Source: Tubiluchus corallicola
Lineage: Eukaryota; Animalia; Priapulida
Assembly (NCBI GenBank): GCA_030141605.1
Contig: JAQGDQ010002370.1
Coordinates: 275,167-339,166, forward strand
Length of the DNA stretch: 64,000 nucleotides
Reading direction: 5' to 3'
The notes beneath the pieces were generated by a model. The model was not told where the DNA came from, did no database searches, and saw only the letters and a program-made list of their open reading frames with translations. Within the stretch, counting starts at the first letter, position 1, and the number at the start of each line of letters is the position of its first letter. The translations under genes were made by a program, and so were the position numbers. Shown here in pieces: positions 1-14,100 of this stretch.

Positions 1-246
1 ATTCTGGGATTTTTTATTAATTGTTTTGAATCTTATTTTAGTTGTTTAGGTTTAAATAAATAGTTTGCTTGTGTTAATCCATGTTAAAATTCATTGTGAA
101 ACGTGACTTTTCACAATATACTGTTGTTGCGTGAGGTTGAAGTACAATATTTTATGCATGTATAAGTGACATGTTTTGCTTTAAGCAAATGTTTGAATCA
201 TTATAAGCGTACGCCATTTTAAACGTTTTGCGAGAGCATACTTAGT

Positions 247-3200
247 ATGGATACTGGCAACAATGCTGCCTGTGACAATGCTGCTAGTGATTATTCCATC
301 AGTAGAAGTAATGTTCATGTACCGATGTACGAAGAGATTTCAAATTCTGGCATTCAGTTTGCTGACATGTCGAAACATGTGATGAGAAAGGAACCCATTA
401 AAAAAGTACTGAGTGTTAGTGAACTTGATGCGGTAAGTTAGGAATTCCTTATATGTTAAGAGGCACAGAGAGCTCGCTGATGCTCATAACGTTATGTGGC
501 TATCTTTCAGCAATCGTAATAAACGTTTTAGCGTTTTACAAACCAAATGAAAATAATATTGAGCAACCACTTTCTTGATTCCATTTTGCTTGAATATTAT
601 CCATTCAGTACACTCCATTTTACAGTATAACATCGATCGAATTATATATAGTCAAACCAACAATATTTATTATCAAATAAATACATAAAATTTATTGTAA
701 ACTCTGTTTGTTATCAATTTTCTTACGATTATGAGTATGAAATTATTATGTTGCTTAGGTTAACATAACTTGGGAGAATATAAACGTCTGGGCGACGCTG
801 AAAGGTGGACGAAGTCGACATGATAGAGAAGCTGGACAATCTGACCCGGAAAAGCAAACAGAAAAAAGAGTTAAGAAGCATATTCTCCGAAATGGTATTA
901 AAACAAAATTTAAAGACTATTTACTAGCACGACATTAAATTAGTCTTTGTCACATTATTTTAACAACTTGAGTTGGCCATTTCAATGTGCATCTAAGTTA
1001 AACAATCTGCTTCTTTAAATTCCTTTAAAAGTAAATAATTTTGAGAAATATACGTTAAACAAACTAGCACGGAACGGGTTGCTTCTGCAAAAGATTGTGC
1101 TGTTTCTGATAGGTGTAGTCACTGGCCACCCGAATAAATTAACATCGTGTAAATAGAGCGCATATAGAAACTGTAAATAATTTTTGTAATAACACGTTTT
1201 CTTCACTCTGCACCCAATTTTCGTATTTAGTTTAGCATAGCTTTGTGCTGCAGTAAAGTGATTCGAGTTCTCGCTTAGAGCTGAGAGCTTGCTTCTACTA
1301 TAAGTTCCGTAGCACAAAGGATAAGGCAGCAGCACCTTCATGCTATACTCAGGAGACTGCACTGTTAATGCAGCTTGGTTTTACTTTATGCCATTTTAAA
1401 TTTGAGAATGTTTTGGAAAATGCATTTCCGAGAGGTGTAGGCTTGTTATTTAGTTAATGATGAGATTAAGTAATTCACTGTAGTCTATTAGGAGCGCTCA
1501 GCCCAACTGCATCTAGTAAATTGTTGTAAAAAGTTGTTCTGCTTGCTTGTTTATTCCAACGACATTAATTTACAAGTTTCATTAATATGTTATGTGAAAA
1601 TTTGTTATTGCAGTTACTGGGTACGCAAAAGCTGGTACGCTGTTAGCAATTATGGGTGCCAGGTATAAAAGCATAGTCATATTAAAAAAAATTATATTGT
1701 TGACAAAAATATTTATATTGTCAAATTGAAGGCAAAATAGATTCTACACACTCGGATCGATTTAAAAGAGTTTATTTAGCTGTAATTATTTTCCGAAATC
1801 ATCTTAGCAGAAAATTCATGTTGAATCAGTTTTGCAATAATTATTACTTTACAAGCCGATTGGCTGACAAGTAAGGATACGAACCAGAAGCAAGATTCAT
1901 TTGTTGTTTGTTTGTTTTAGTGGTGCAGGCAAAAGTACACTTATGAACATTCTGACGCACAGGAATACTGAAATGTATACTGTTGAGGGTACAGTCAAAA
2001 TTAATGGACAGCCAATTGGTTTTGGTCCTGGCATGAGGTCCATCTCGGCATACGTTCAGCAGGAAGATTTGTTCATTGGTACCCTGAAAGTAAAAGAACA
2101 TTTGAGATTTCAGGTATTTTAATTGTACTATCAGAAGCTTCACCACACGGAGTTTGTCTACATTTGAAACTGTTTAAGATTTTCGGTTCATTACACTTCT
2201 TTTGATAAGTTAGCTTATTATTACCGTCTTATATAGAGTACCAAAAGCATTTTTCAAACGTTTTTTAAAAAAATAAATAACAAAAATAATTAAACCAAAG
2301 TGTGGCTGACAGAGTAAGGTAGTGCATTTTAGTGTACCTTGTACAATGCAGGTTATTTTTATACATTGAAACAAACTATACGACTGCAAACAATTCAGCA
2401 TCAACATAAAAAACAACAAATCAATACATTTCAGTAACACAACAACAATGCAGTGCAATACAATACAGCAATACAAAAATGTCAGGCGATACAGTATAGC
2501 GTTCAGGACAACAATGTATGCTAAACACTAGATCACTGCAACAACAATATAGACTGCAGCACAGCTTAAGTCTTATGCTGCTGTGCAAAATTGTAAATCT
2601 AAAATATCTGTTGGTTTGAGTTGTAGGCTCTATTGAGAATGGACAAAGAATTCACGTATTCTCAGCGAATGAAGAAAGTTGAAGAAACTCTCACGGAGGT
2701 AGTTTGCTACACCTGTATTCATTTTTAGGATCTTAAAATAATTTATACTACATTTTGTCGAGCCATAATTAAATTACTCAATTCTGCCGATGATAAAAGA
2801 GGAAAAAATAGTCAAAGAAAAAGCATAAAAAATGTTCAGAAGAATGAAAGACTTAAAAAGGAATGAAGGGAAAAGGGGGCATCGAAAAAATTATGAAAAG
2901 AATAGAAAGAATGAAGCAAAATCATGTGAAATCATTATTTGCCATTACAGCTTGGTTTAAAGAAATGCGAGAACACATGGATAGGCGTCCCTGGTAGAAT
3001 AAAAGGTATTTCAGGAGGCGAAAGAAAGCGTCTTGCATTTGCATCTGAGGTTAGTAAGTTATACTTTGATAATGAATAAGCATTTACTCGTTTGTATTTA
3101 TTAAAATATTGCTGGCACCTTTTGTGTCTGTGCTATTACTGAAGGTTAATAATGACATGGGAGCTACTATATGCAGAATGGTTTGAAAATTTTACCTACC

Positions 3201-6200
3201 TATCACTGTCATAACAATTTTTCTTAAAAGACTGTTAAAATCATTGTTTGAAAATAAGTTTGCTCTAACTATACCTGTTGTGGGTCTTGAATTAGCATTA
3301 TAGCATTTACAAATAATCTGTAAAGAGAAAAAACATTTGTCATAATTATTTCAACAACTATAATGAAATAAATGCCTTTTTCTAGATGCTAACAAATCCA
3401 AAATTAATGTTTTGCGATGAACCAACATCTGGTTTGGACTCCTTTATGGCACAAAACGTCATATGTGTTTTGAAAGACATGGCTTGTAAAGGGCGAACTA
3501 TCCTGTGCACCATACATCAACCTTCATCTGAAGTGTATGCCATGTTCGACAGGTAAAAGTGCTATGTATACAATTTTTACATGCAAAAATGTAGATTTCA
3601 TGCTTCACTATAAACCATTTTAACAGTAATAGTGACTTACGTAGTTACTTTTGGCTTCCAATTTTACTGCTGAGTCATTTCAAATTTAAAATATGTTTTT
3701 TACCTGAAACCATTAATAATTTGTATTTAGTTATTTATATTTTAAATTTTTAACTTTTAAATCTCGTATGACTATTAGGCTTTCTAAGACATATTTAACG
3801 TATTCACTAGTTTCTAGTGCTGAATAACAGTAGATAGCATTTTTAAATGCCTATGTATTTCTATTTACTTATGCTTTTTCCTGAGCATTTTTTTGTAATT
3901 TTAGGATACAGTTTTTTGCTGATTTTAGACTTTGTTTTGCTAGCTTAAAATTCCAAATTTGCCTTCTGCTGACTTACTTGGACCATAGAAACAACTGCTT
4001 GACAATGTTTTTTATATAGGCCTATATATGTAAAAATAAATTACTATTCTCTAAATTGTAATGCAGGATATTGTTAATGGCAGAAGGCAGGGTGGCGTAT
4101 TTAGGTTCAAGAAAAACTATTCATACATTTTTCAAGACGATGGATTGCAAATGTCCACCAAAGTTTAATCCTGCTGATTACTATGTGCACAGTTTAGCTG
4201 TAATCCCAGAAAAGGAGGCCCAATGCAAAGACAAAGTAGAGGTACGTACGCAGCTGCAGCGTTACCTGTAGTAAAGATTTTATAATTATTTGAGCTTATA
4301 TCTTCAATTGAATTTTGTTAAAACATTTTTTTATTAATAATTTGTTAGGTGAATAATGGGTTTCATTAATTGTAATTTTCATTAATTAAAACTGTCTTTT
4401 TGTTTTTCTTACTTTCCAACTTGTTACTTTCAGAGAATATGTAACGCATTTGAAGTGTCCCCTCAAGGTTATCTTGTCAAACAAGTTATCATGGAGAATA
4501 ATCGAAATAAACAGCTCATTGACGTAAGAAAGCAGCTGATAACAATTGGCATTGAATCTTTTAATATGTTGTTCAATTTAGTAACATCTATTAACAATCG
4601 CTAATGTTGAATCTATTAATATGTTATTCGGTATAGTAAGCCTCTGTTCGTGCATCTGTCCGTTTGGCCGTCCATGCTTCTGCCCGTTCGTTTGTCTGTA
4701 ATTCGTTATTGGTCTTGTGAACACTTTTCGAGCTAACCTTTTTTGAAGCATGACATTCATTTTTCATATAATATATAGGCTCATCAGTCAGTAAAAGAAC
4801 GACCTATCGACTTTGTGGGCCCCTTATCAAAGGTCAACGTCTCAGTTGGAAAAGTTTGTGAAGACGTAGCCTAAACTTTCATATTTTATGTATTCATCGA
4901 CTGTCAACAGGGGAAGAATCTTATGGGTTTTGAGGCCTTAAGATCAAAAGTCAGTGTCATAGGATACACTACTTGAAAAAGGTTGCGGATGCATTCTAAC
5001 TCTAAAGAATTAATGCAATGCATTCGACTTTCACATTTGGGCCGCCCATCAATAGGAGAAGAACCTTATCGCTTTTGGAGTCCCAAGGTTAAAAGTCGGA
5101 TTCACGGGAACCAATACTTGAAAAATACTACGACCCCCTGTTGTCAGGTGATGCTCCGCTTTGTAGTGTGCTTTGTTGATGTTTGCAGTAAATGCAATTT
5201 TGTAACATCTTGTCATGTATTACAATTAACGCCAAACCAAGATAGCTGTTTCCAGCAGTTTCATTGCAATTATTTATACATGCATTTTTTCAGTTCGGTG
5301 AATTGCTGGCTCATCGTTCAACGTAAGTAACCTCTTTTCATTAAATACAATCCAGTAACTATATTTTAATTATTTAGTAATAATACAAAAGACTGCAGTT
5401 TATGAGTTTTTATTGAATTATTTTTAGCTACTTTTTGTCTGAAAAATTGTTGAAAATGCCACTGGAAACAAGAATACAAAAACTGAAAAACCAGACTTCC
5501 AAATTTAAAATGCATGTGAATTCCTTGCTGTGTTAGCATTTTTGTTGTCACGATTATTGTGGTTGTACTTTCTGATGCATTTGCGACGAAGTATCTGCAC
5601 AAGTGAATGAGTGCCAACATTTAAATTTCGATTTCACCAATTTAACTCGAGGTAGGTTTTCCTTATCAAGTATTTCCAAACAATCACTGATATTTTGTCA
5701 TCTTTTCCTTATCAGACTCGTGTACACTTTAATGAAGGAAATCAAGTAGCCAATTATAACAATCACTGGCATCCTATTTCTTCTAATTATAGCCAGCACA
5801 CCCCAATTATTATTGTAAGGGGTTTAGCAATTACAAGCCTAAAAGCCTGTCGCCTGCTTATTACAGTTAACCAAACATTTTAGCGTATGTTTCATTTAGG
5901 TATAAAGCAAGTTGGATAAAGCAATTTATCACTCTAACACACAGAGCATTAATCAGCGTGATTCGAGATCCAATGGCAATAAAAGTGAGAACTTTTCAAA
6001 CAATGGTGAGTAGAAATCAGACTTAACTAACTAAAAGCTATGTGAATGTGATGCGAAAAATATTGTATGTGAGAGGTTTATTAGTGCAAAACATCTGATG
6101 CTTTTTTCAACTCTTTTCAGTTTTCACAAATTTTTCTTTTGTAGGTAATGGGTATAATACTTGGAATTGTCTACCTGCAGCAGGAAATGAACCAAGAAGC

Positions 6201-7697
6201 TGTGCAAAACATCACTTCTGTCTTGTTTATTTCAATTATAGCCATGTCTGTAAACAACGCTTACACAGTAGTCAATGTAGGTGCTAAATTGCACAAAAGT
6301 TCATCTAGTCAGTTGAAGCCCTTTTCTTTTCGCCATTGTTGTTGAAGTTGGTTGTGTTCAACAGGTTACTGGTTCAAGTCGAAAAAATGTCAGATTTTTT
6401 TGTGGAGTGTAACACTTTTCAAACTTTGACCAGTGCTCAATGGCAGACTTTAACTAATGTAGATGTTGCAAAGACACTAACTCCAGACACTGAACGGCAC
6501 AACTGACTTAGCAATATATAGGTGGTAAACTATAACTAAACAGCACTACGGTAGTGCAAACTAGTGCGCAGTAATTTTGGAACTAGTAAGTTCGGTACAA
6601 GTAAGTCTGGTCCTGGTAATTTTGGTACGAGAAAATTTTGGTACAGGGAAAATTTGGTACTGGTAAACATGGTACTAATGAAGTTTTGTCAGGCACGTTT
6701 GGTACAAGTACTTGCAGTACAAGGTAAAAATGGTATAGAATGAGTTTGGTATTACACGAGCGAGAACAACATCACAGCGAAATGAGCGGCTCTATAGAGT
6801 TATTTTCAAGCGAATAACCCAAAAATTAATATTAAAATTAATATTAACCCAAAAGCAAAAGTCAAGTCTCTTGAGAAATTGGGATTATTGTAACATTTGA
6901 GAAAAATGTACGAAAGTTTCAACAGTAAAATTGTTGGACTTTACGCTTGGGAACATTCATTTCGAAATAAAAAATTCTTTGTCTGTGTATGTTGCAAAAT
7001 AAACATAAACAAAGGCTAAAGACTAAAATAAAGACATAAAAGAGACGAGGTGGCGAAAAGACCAAGGGTCACCAAGTCAACCACCCCTATTAATACCTGT
7101 CAACCACCTGTCTCTTCTAATTATAAATATGACTATGCAGAACTTATTTTCAGTAGTTCACATAAGGCAAAACTGTAAAAATCCCATCTACACTAACTTC
7201 TTCAATAACTGCAGCATCACCATTGTTGAAAGGGATGTTGTTACGTCACGAAACAGTAAAGCTTTAAAATACTTCAGTAAAATACTTTATCTAATGAAGT
7301 TAGAATCGTAATCTGGTTCATTATCAAGAATAATTATCTAAAAGGAGACATGGAACTGGCAGAAATTCTCGGTTTTATTCAGACACATCCTTGATCAATG
7401 GGATAAAAAGCTAAGATCAGTGGTAGACGAAACCACAAGACATTTTTTCAGCCGTCTCCACATTCGAGAAGCTGAGCATCGCTGTTAGGTATAGCCTTGT
7501 ATCACACTTTAAAGGAAATCTTTTTGATCGAAGCTTCGATTGATGTCTTCACAAAGCTGGCTTGAGCAGTCATGCATAATCGAACCTGCAAATCAGTATT
7601 AACAATTTAGGCATATTTAAGGCTAATGATCTCACTCTGATCGTGTTACAAAAAACATTTATTTGCCGGCTTCCTTTTCTTTACTCGCAACCTGGTG

Positions 7698-7752
<55 letters not shown>

Positions 7753-10700
7753 CACATGGGCACATGTAAAGTCATGAAAATGAAAAAAATGTTCCATTAA
7801 TAAAAGTAACACAACAGTAAATGTTTTGTTACTTCTGTTAAATTTTTATGAATTTAAGAATGTTTTGCTTGACTTAATGCATTTCTACGTTATAGTAAAA
7901 TCCTTCGATAACTGTACAATATCGCAATTTTTAAAATACATGTACTTTTAGTTGGTTCTGCTTGCAGGTGTTTTGTGAAGAGTGTGTCATTTTTCTGAGG
8001 GAGCACTTTAATGCTAGCTATAGGTTGGACACATATTTCCTCAGCAAAATGCTGGCAGAGGTAGGGGCTGTATATTATATACACCGATGAAATTAGTGAT
8101 AAGAGTTATTTAAAGCAAGTAAGTGATATTGGATAAATGTGTTTAATTTAATGTAGAATTTTTGCAAAGCTGCATTCGTAATTAAGGTGTGAGGTAATAC
8201 AGACTTAATTATAAATCTGAAAGTCTGCAACATCAGTTTTCGATGCTGTAAGGTTTTAGGAAAAAGGAAGAAATATTACATACTTATGGGAAATATTTAA
8301 TCTCGTTAAGAAATAGTAATATGAAATATCACACAGAGAAACTAAAACTCCATATTAGGCATTTAGTGGTTTTGAGCTATAATAGTGTAATCTTTCAAAT
8401 TATTGTATCATTCAACTACCATTGTTCTTTCAGCTACCATTTTTCATCCTGTTGCCATTTCTGTTTACGCTTATACACTATTTTATGGTGGGTAAGTAAT
8501 AATGGATCCTTATCCCGCTTTTTTATTTTGTAGTGAGCTTTTTATTTTAAACTTTGATGTATGTTTTACTTATTGAGTAGTTTTCTGTGTTTTTTTCAGG
8601 TTTATATCATTCAGCGTCGCACTTTTTTGTTTGCGCTGGAATTCTCATTTTAATAGCTAATGTATCAGCGTCATTCGGTAAGCTTACGACCATACAAGAT
8701 ATTCTAATTTTGTAATTTTTTTTCAACAATTTCTCTGAGTATCTGTGTCATATTTTGGTTCAGTAAGTGCCATGCAGAAATATGGCATCAGTATCAATTA
8801 AAGTATAAAATAAAAGTCTATTGCTGATAATTTTAAGTGCAAGAAGGTACAAAAGCGAAACCTCTAGCACAATTTGTAAAAAGACATTAAAATAAACAAT
8901 GGAACGAGATTATTTTAACAACAGTATAAATTATGTGCAACAATTAACACTGCTCAGCAGTTGCATATTATTTGCACATGCTTTAGCAAAGTGAGGAACA
9001 CATAGTATAATGCTGTACTAACAATAGATGAAGTTCGCATGTACCATGCTGTAAATGAAATCTGCTGTGTTTGCCAGATGCCTTAGACGAGGCGAATGTT
9101 TTTTTGTGGCAGTTCACATTTTTGCAGAAATAGTATAGGAGAGAATATAACATACTGTTGTACTGTTGTACTAACAATAACATAAAATTTGCATATACCA
9201 GGCAGGCAGTAAAAGGAGCCTGCTGTGTTTGCCAAATGTTCCAGACAAGGTGAATATCTTTTTACACAAACGATTCATTTTATAATTAAGATAGAAAATT
9301 ATGTAATAGGTAATTCTGCCTTAATTGATGAGCAACAGACTAGATTAGGTCTCTTTTTTAAACCAGCCTGTTTTTAAGAGGTAGTCTTTGCATGGCTTAT
9401 GTTTCTGTTTGTAGGCAAAGGTTACTTAACACTTTAATTTGAATGACCTTGATTAACTTTGATTGGCAAGATTTCTTTGCATCAACTCATCGTTTTTTTA
9501 ATTTCCTTTCCAGGTTATATGATGTCTTGCTTCTCCTCCAATCCGGAGATTGTATGGGCCGCTGCTGCGCCATTTCTTATGGCAATGATGCTGTTTGGTG
9601 GTCTATTACTGAATGTGGAGTAAGTTAAATTTACCAAACAACAATAGTTATAATGTATTAATATTATTATATAGGTGCCCTATGTAATGATAGGGCTTTG
9701 CCTGTTCTCTATCACTGTTTAAGAACGTGTAGATAGAACAGCTGGCTAAGCAGATGGCAGAAAATTAATTTGAGGACTGAGTCAGATATTAAATTAAGAG
9801 TAAAACCAGGAACGCAGGCGAAAAAATTTTCAACGTAGACCTCAAAACTTTTTTGTCCGTTATTCAGGGGCATGCGGCAAAACCTCTTGCTATCATGAAC
9901 GATTTTTTCCACGTTTTGGTTCACATTGATGATGGCAAAAGGCATTGCGGAAACATCTGAATTATAATATGAATGTGTATTTCCAGGTCGATTCCTGTAT
10001 ATTTTATATGGCTTGAATATCTCAGCTGGTTTAAATACGGGAATGAGGCTCTGAACATCAACCAATGGAAAGATGTTACAGAAATACGCAAGTATTTGTG
10101 CTGGGGGTAGCATATAAATGTTCCATCAATAAATTCTGTTAATCACAGTTTAGTGCAATTTGGCATATTTTATTATTCGAAATTTTTCTGTGTAGACAAT
10201 TTATCAACTTAGGCTTATCTTAATACTGTGAATTATTAAAATATTATATGGAACTTTCATTACATGTTTAATTTATAGCATGTGAAAATGGCAACGAAAC
10301 TCAGCGGCCTTGCATACATAATGGGACAGCTGTGCTTCACCAGTTCAACTTTAAAGAGGTATCTTAACAGAAATCGTTTCTGTGTATGTCAAAACACAGC
10401 AGTTTTATTCATAAGAAAACTGTTTGAAATGGATGTCAGTGGTGATACACGCTAACAGAATTTTCAGGTTTTATGAATTTCGAGACTCTCATTATTTCAA
10501 AAAGCCAGAAGGATGAAAAGGTTCAGCGAAAGCTAACAGTACATGAGTGTGGCACAATATTCTCAGGAAGAAATTTTTGACATTTTCTTATGCTATAAGC
10601 TTGAGCAAACAACTGTGATCTAGTTTTGATAATTCTATGAGAACATTTTTGCTGTAATCCAAGTTTTGGACTCCTTATTTTCCTTACATAATATAGTTAC

Positions 10701-10828
10701 ATTGTTTTTATTTGTCCTTTTCACAGGATAATATGTACCTGAACGTTGGCTTGTTATTCGTTCTGATGGCTGGATACAGGCTTTTGGCTTTCATCATTCT
10801 TTCATTTCAAACACGGAATAAAGGCTAG
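247..10828 (+). CDS. white: White-like ABCG half-transporter, paralog 1 (19 exons, 2052 nt, 683 aa)
   Basis: Hand-spliced exons: 247-432, 759-894, 1614-1662, 1921-2113, 2627-2698, 2951-3049, 3386-3552, 4067-4241, 4434-4523, 5294-5322, 5900-6005, 6145-6276, 7968-8060, 8434-8491, 8600-8677, 9514-9619, 9987-10087, 10279-10358, 10727-10828. Phases are consistent and give an open frame to TAG. All introns are GT-AG except intron 17 (GC-AG). Motifs: Walker A GASGAGKST, Q-loop YVQQED, signature ISGGERKRL, Walker B/D-loop [13 protein letters not shown]-loop IHQP, NPADY, and a C-terminal 6-TM domain with [27 protein letters not shown] and IHQP are typical of the white/scarlet group. Confidence 0.93.
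4600..5170. mobile_element. Probable non-autonomous Helentron/DINE-1-like (HINE) element remnant in intron 9 of paralog 1
   Basis: A degenerate (CTGT/CCGT)n tract at 4643-4700 is followed by three related blocks of the form 'gaagaa.ccta...tttg.gg....a.gtcaaa.gtc' (~4795-4840, 4912-4960, 5056-5100). This matches the layout of such elements in invertebrates. Ends are not resolved. Confidence 0.45.
6570..6755. repeat. Degenerate 15-16-bp tandem array (consensus ~ggtaattttggtaca)
   Basis: About 11 diverged units, e.g. gtaattttggaacta, gtaagttcggtacaa, gtaattttggtacga, ggtaaaaatggtata. Confidence 0.8.
7703..7748. repeat. (TA)n microsatellite
   Basis: Direct reading. Confidence 0.97.
8997..9263. 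repeat. Old tandem duplication (~150-bp period) in intron 15 of paralog 1
   Basis: tgtactaacaata...ctgctgtgtttgccagatg...agacgaggcgaat recurs as tgtactaacaata...ctgctgtgtttgccaaatg...agacaaggtgaat. Confidence 0.8.
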
Positions 10829-11154
10829 GTTGATGACATGATGCCAGAAATAGATGCATTTAAAGTGCAAAATTAAAGTCGATGCTTATCTTATGTTGAA
10901 GCTTTTCCAATCCGAAGTTAATTATCTACACTTAAATTTAGTATTTCCTTGTTAAAGTGCTAAATCAGCAATGTATTCCTAAATCCAACAAACTCACTGT
11001 TTTGCATTTAGTTTTTTCTTTACCGTGGACATGTAATAGGTTTTTACAGCGGCAGTTTATAAAGCCGAAATGCTCAAATTCAATTCAACCTTAAAATAAT
11101 TTATTGATTTAACATATATCGCAATCACATTAATTTTGAAATACATATATAATC

Positions 11155-11160
11155 AATAAA
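11155..11160 (+). terminator. Candidate polyadenylation signal of paralog 1 (alternative at 11441-11446)
   Basis: AATAAA about 330 nt after the stop. The signal at 11441 is followed by T-rich sequence. Confidence 0.4.
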
Positions 11161-14100
11161 GTAAAAAAAATTACGCGAAAATGATCACTGTTATTAAAAA
11201 AGATAATAAAGGGAGACCTAAGAAACTATGGCTTATGGCAGGACACCCATACATGCTACATATTATTAAGATGTTATACAATGTTAAAATCTAGAGGATT
11301 TAAATGATTAAATGATTAAATAGTCTGATTTGTTTAACACACGTTCAACGCTTCGGGTTCTTTCAGTATTTATGCGATTCTTTGCAAAAATATTATAATA
11401 TGTATAAGTGATTGTAGGCTACTGTTATTTGCAGTGTGTCAATAAAAGCTTCCTAACTTTCTAGTATTTTTTCTAGTATATATTTGTAATATGTCGTCAT
11501 TGTCTGTATATTATGTCCGATATTGTGATTTTTTTCATTGTCTAAGCAACCGAATGAAATAAATGAATAAAAATACAAAAGAAAGAGCTCAACAGCAAGG
11601 AGAAAAAAGTGAAAGAAAAATTGATAATAATAGTCAGAAAGTGTTTAACAGAAAAACAAAGACAAAGAGAACAGAAAGAGAGAGAGCGAGCGATGAGAGT
11701 GAGAGAGAGAATACTTTAGCACGAAGGCACATGATGGTCTTGAAACTATTATTACCGGTGGTAAAATAAACCGTATAAAACATTCTGTATACATGCTACG
11801 CAAGGAACAGGATACACTGCAGTCTGCATATAAAAACCCGTGACACGTCCAAATTACTCTTTCGGCTTAGAGACGTCAATGGTCAAAGCGTAATTATGGT
11901 GCTTTATATATTATGTGCATTTAATATTTGTTCTATTGTTCTGTGCTGAGTCAACGTACGGTACAGTGAGCTGTGTAAGTAGACTTACTGGTCAAAATAA
12001 GTTATGGCGGACACTGTTACAAGTGGTCACACACTTTTGCTTACCAAGCCTACTGGTTAGAAGTTAAGATTAAAAGTTTACAGCTTTAATTCTAGTTCGA
12101 ATAAATTTAAATCCTATATAAGCCTACACAAAAATTAATTTGAGGGTTTACAAATAACAAACTAGGTTTCACGTTGACGGACTCGTTTACGTCGTTGCCT
12201 GCATTAAACAGGCGTAACTTAAATTACATCAGCCAGAGCTGTATAATGTTCTTTTACAGATTTTATTTTCAAAGCTTGAATATCTCTTGCTATCCGTTGT
12301 TTCTTCTCAATATGTGTTTGCCTGTCCTGTTCTATCGATTTTTCCATTTAATTTTTTTGTCATTGAGACAAGGCGAAACGGAAACAAACCAGCAGAAAAT
12401 TCGACTGGGAATAACCAGTTGGAAAATTATCTGACTACGATATGTTATAATTAATCGAGTAGTAATTTTAATAATCCGCGCTTTTCCTGCCAGACTAACT
12501 AAAGATTTTTGATTACAGGCGTCTGCGTTCTAAATTCGAATCAGCTATAGACTTTTGACCAAAAACTTCTGAATTTTTGACAAGTGTTTTAACATGACGA
12601 AGAGGTATGTAACTAATTTTGTTTTTATAATCATTAGCTAGAGTTAATTTAATTCTATGTTTATTTAGTATAGTTAGGATTTTAAAAGTTTCAGCTCTAA
12701 GCTAATATCTGCTTATTTCGGACTAAAGTGTCAAATCATGATTGTTCGTTACAGCTACAGCTTTTTTACTTGATAAGCTTCGAAATCACCGGACAGTTTA
12801 TTCGGTCTAACTTAAACGGTTTTTGATAGTAAGAAACCGTCTATGATTTTTGTTCGGTCATAAATACATGATGTCTTGTAAACAGAATGTCCCTCTTTTA
12901 AATCCAGACTTCACTTCAACTTTTCCGCATTTCCGGTTAAGTTAAACTTGGTACCAAAATGTAATCGTGAGTCTGTAACAGCATTAATGACTCAGACCCC
13001 AACACACGATGTATATTGTGCAACTTGAGTTGAACTGCAGCTCTTTTCAAATGATTTGTTCATTAGATTAACTCGTTTCTTATATACATTTATATAGTTA
13101 TTTACACGTTTGCTCTTTAGCTCCATTGTTTACATGTTTTGCTTTTTCAGCTCCATGTTTTTCTGTTTTGTGGTAACAACTGCTGTTTTAAAAAGGTCAT
13201 ATCTTTAAATTTAACAAAACGAATATTCTACTAAGGTAGTTAACTAAATTATCATTCTTTTCAAGCGCCATTTGTTTGCATAGCCAGGGGACGGGGGCAA
13301 CAGTACGCGTGTGCCTTGAGATATCAGCAGTAGAGAAGACCACTTCTGGATGTAATTCGAAATCAGTCGACTACTATGTACGATTATCACCATACTGACC
13401 GAGTTATCAAAATAATAAAAGCACAAGAAAATGCTCCTCAGAATTTGCTACTTACTAAATTTTAACGGTAAACCATTTTAAACAATTTCGTAGCTTATTC
13501 TTCGACAACTAAGCAAAAGCTTCAAGTACTTTACATTGTCAATAAGATCAATTGTATTTTTTGGTGACCCAGTTGTGCACCCTGAAATGTATTTACCAGT
13601 TCGCGCACACATTTTAAATGATTACAAACTTTATTTTTCAATTACATAAGACATCACACAAGTACATAAGGGTAATGCTACATAACAGGACTTTGTACGG
13701 AAAATTCTTTGTGAAAGTTCCCTATTGTTTCTCTTTAAGTATTATTACAAACACTTGAGTTTTTGTTATGGCATTAATCGCACATAATAGTTAAATTGTT
13801 TCTTCCATGAATTTAAAGAAGACTATTTGGCGCATTTTATTAGGTGATATCGCACTTTGCTCCAGGTTATGTTGCTGAACAAAATGAGCCATTTGAGCAA
13901 CTGACCTACTGACTTCGAATATTTTATATAAGATCTTGTTGAGAAATTTTTGTCAAAAGTCAAATAAGATATTAGACGAATCCTGCTGCTTAAAAATTAA
14001 ATTGCTTTTGATGCTCAAATTGAATGATATAATCACTATGGCGGGTAAACTTGTGCTCATGAGAGTATGAAGCTATCGGGTGGATGAACCGGCTGCACTT

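Noticed and set aside
9712-10113. 133-aa minus-strand ORF
   Set aside because: It is antisense to white exon 17 and its intron, has no recognisable motif and uses a non-ATG start.
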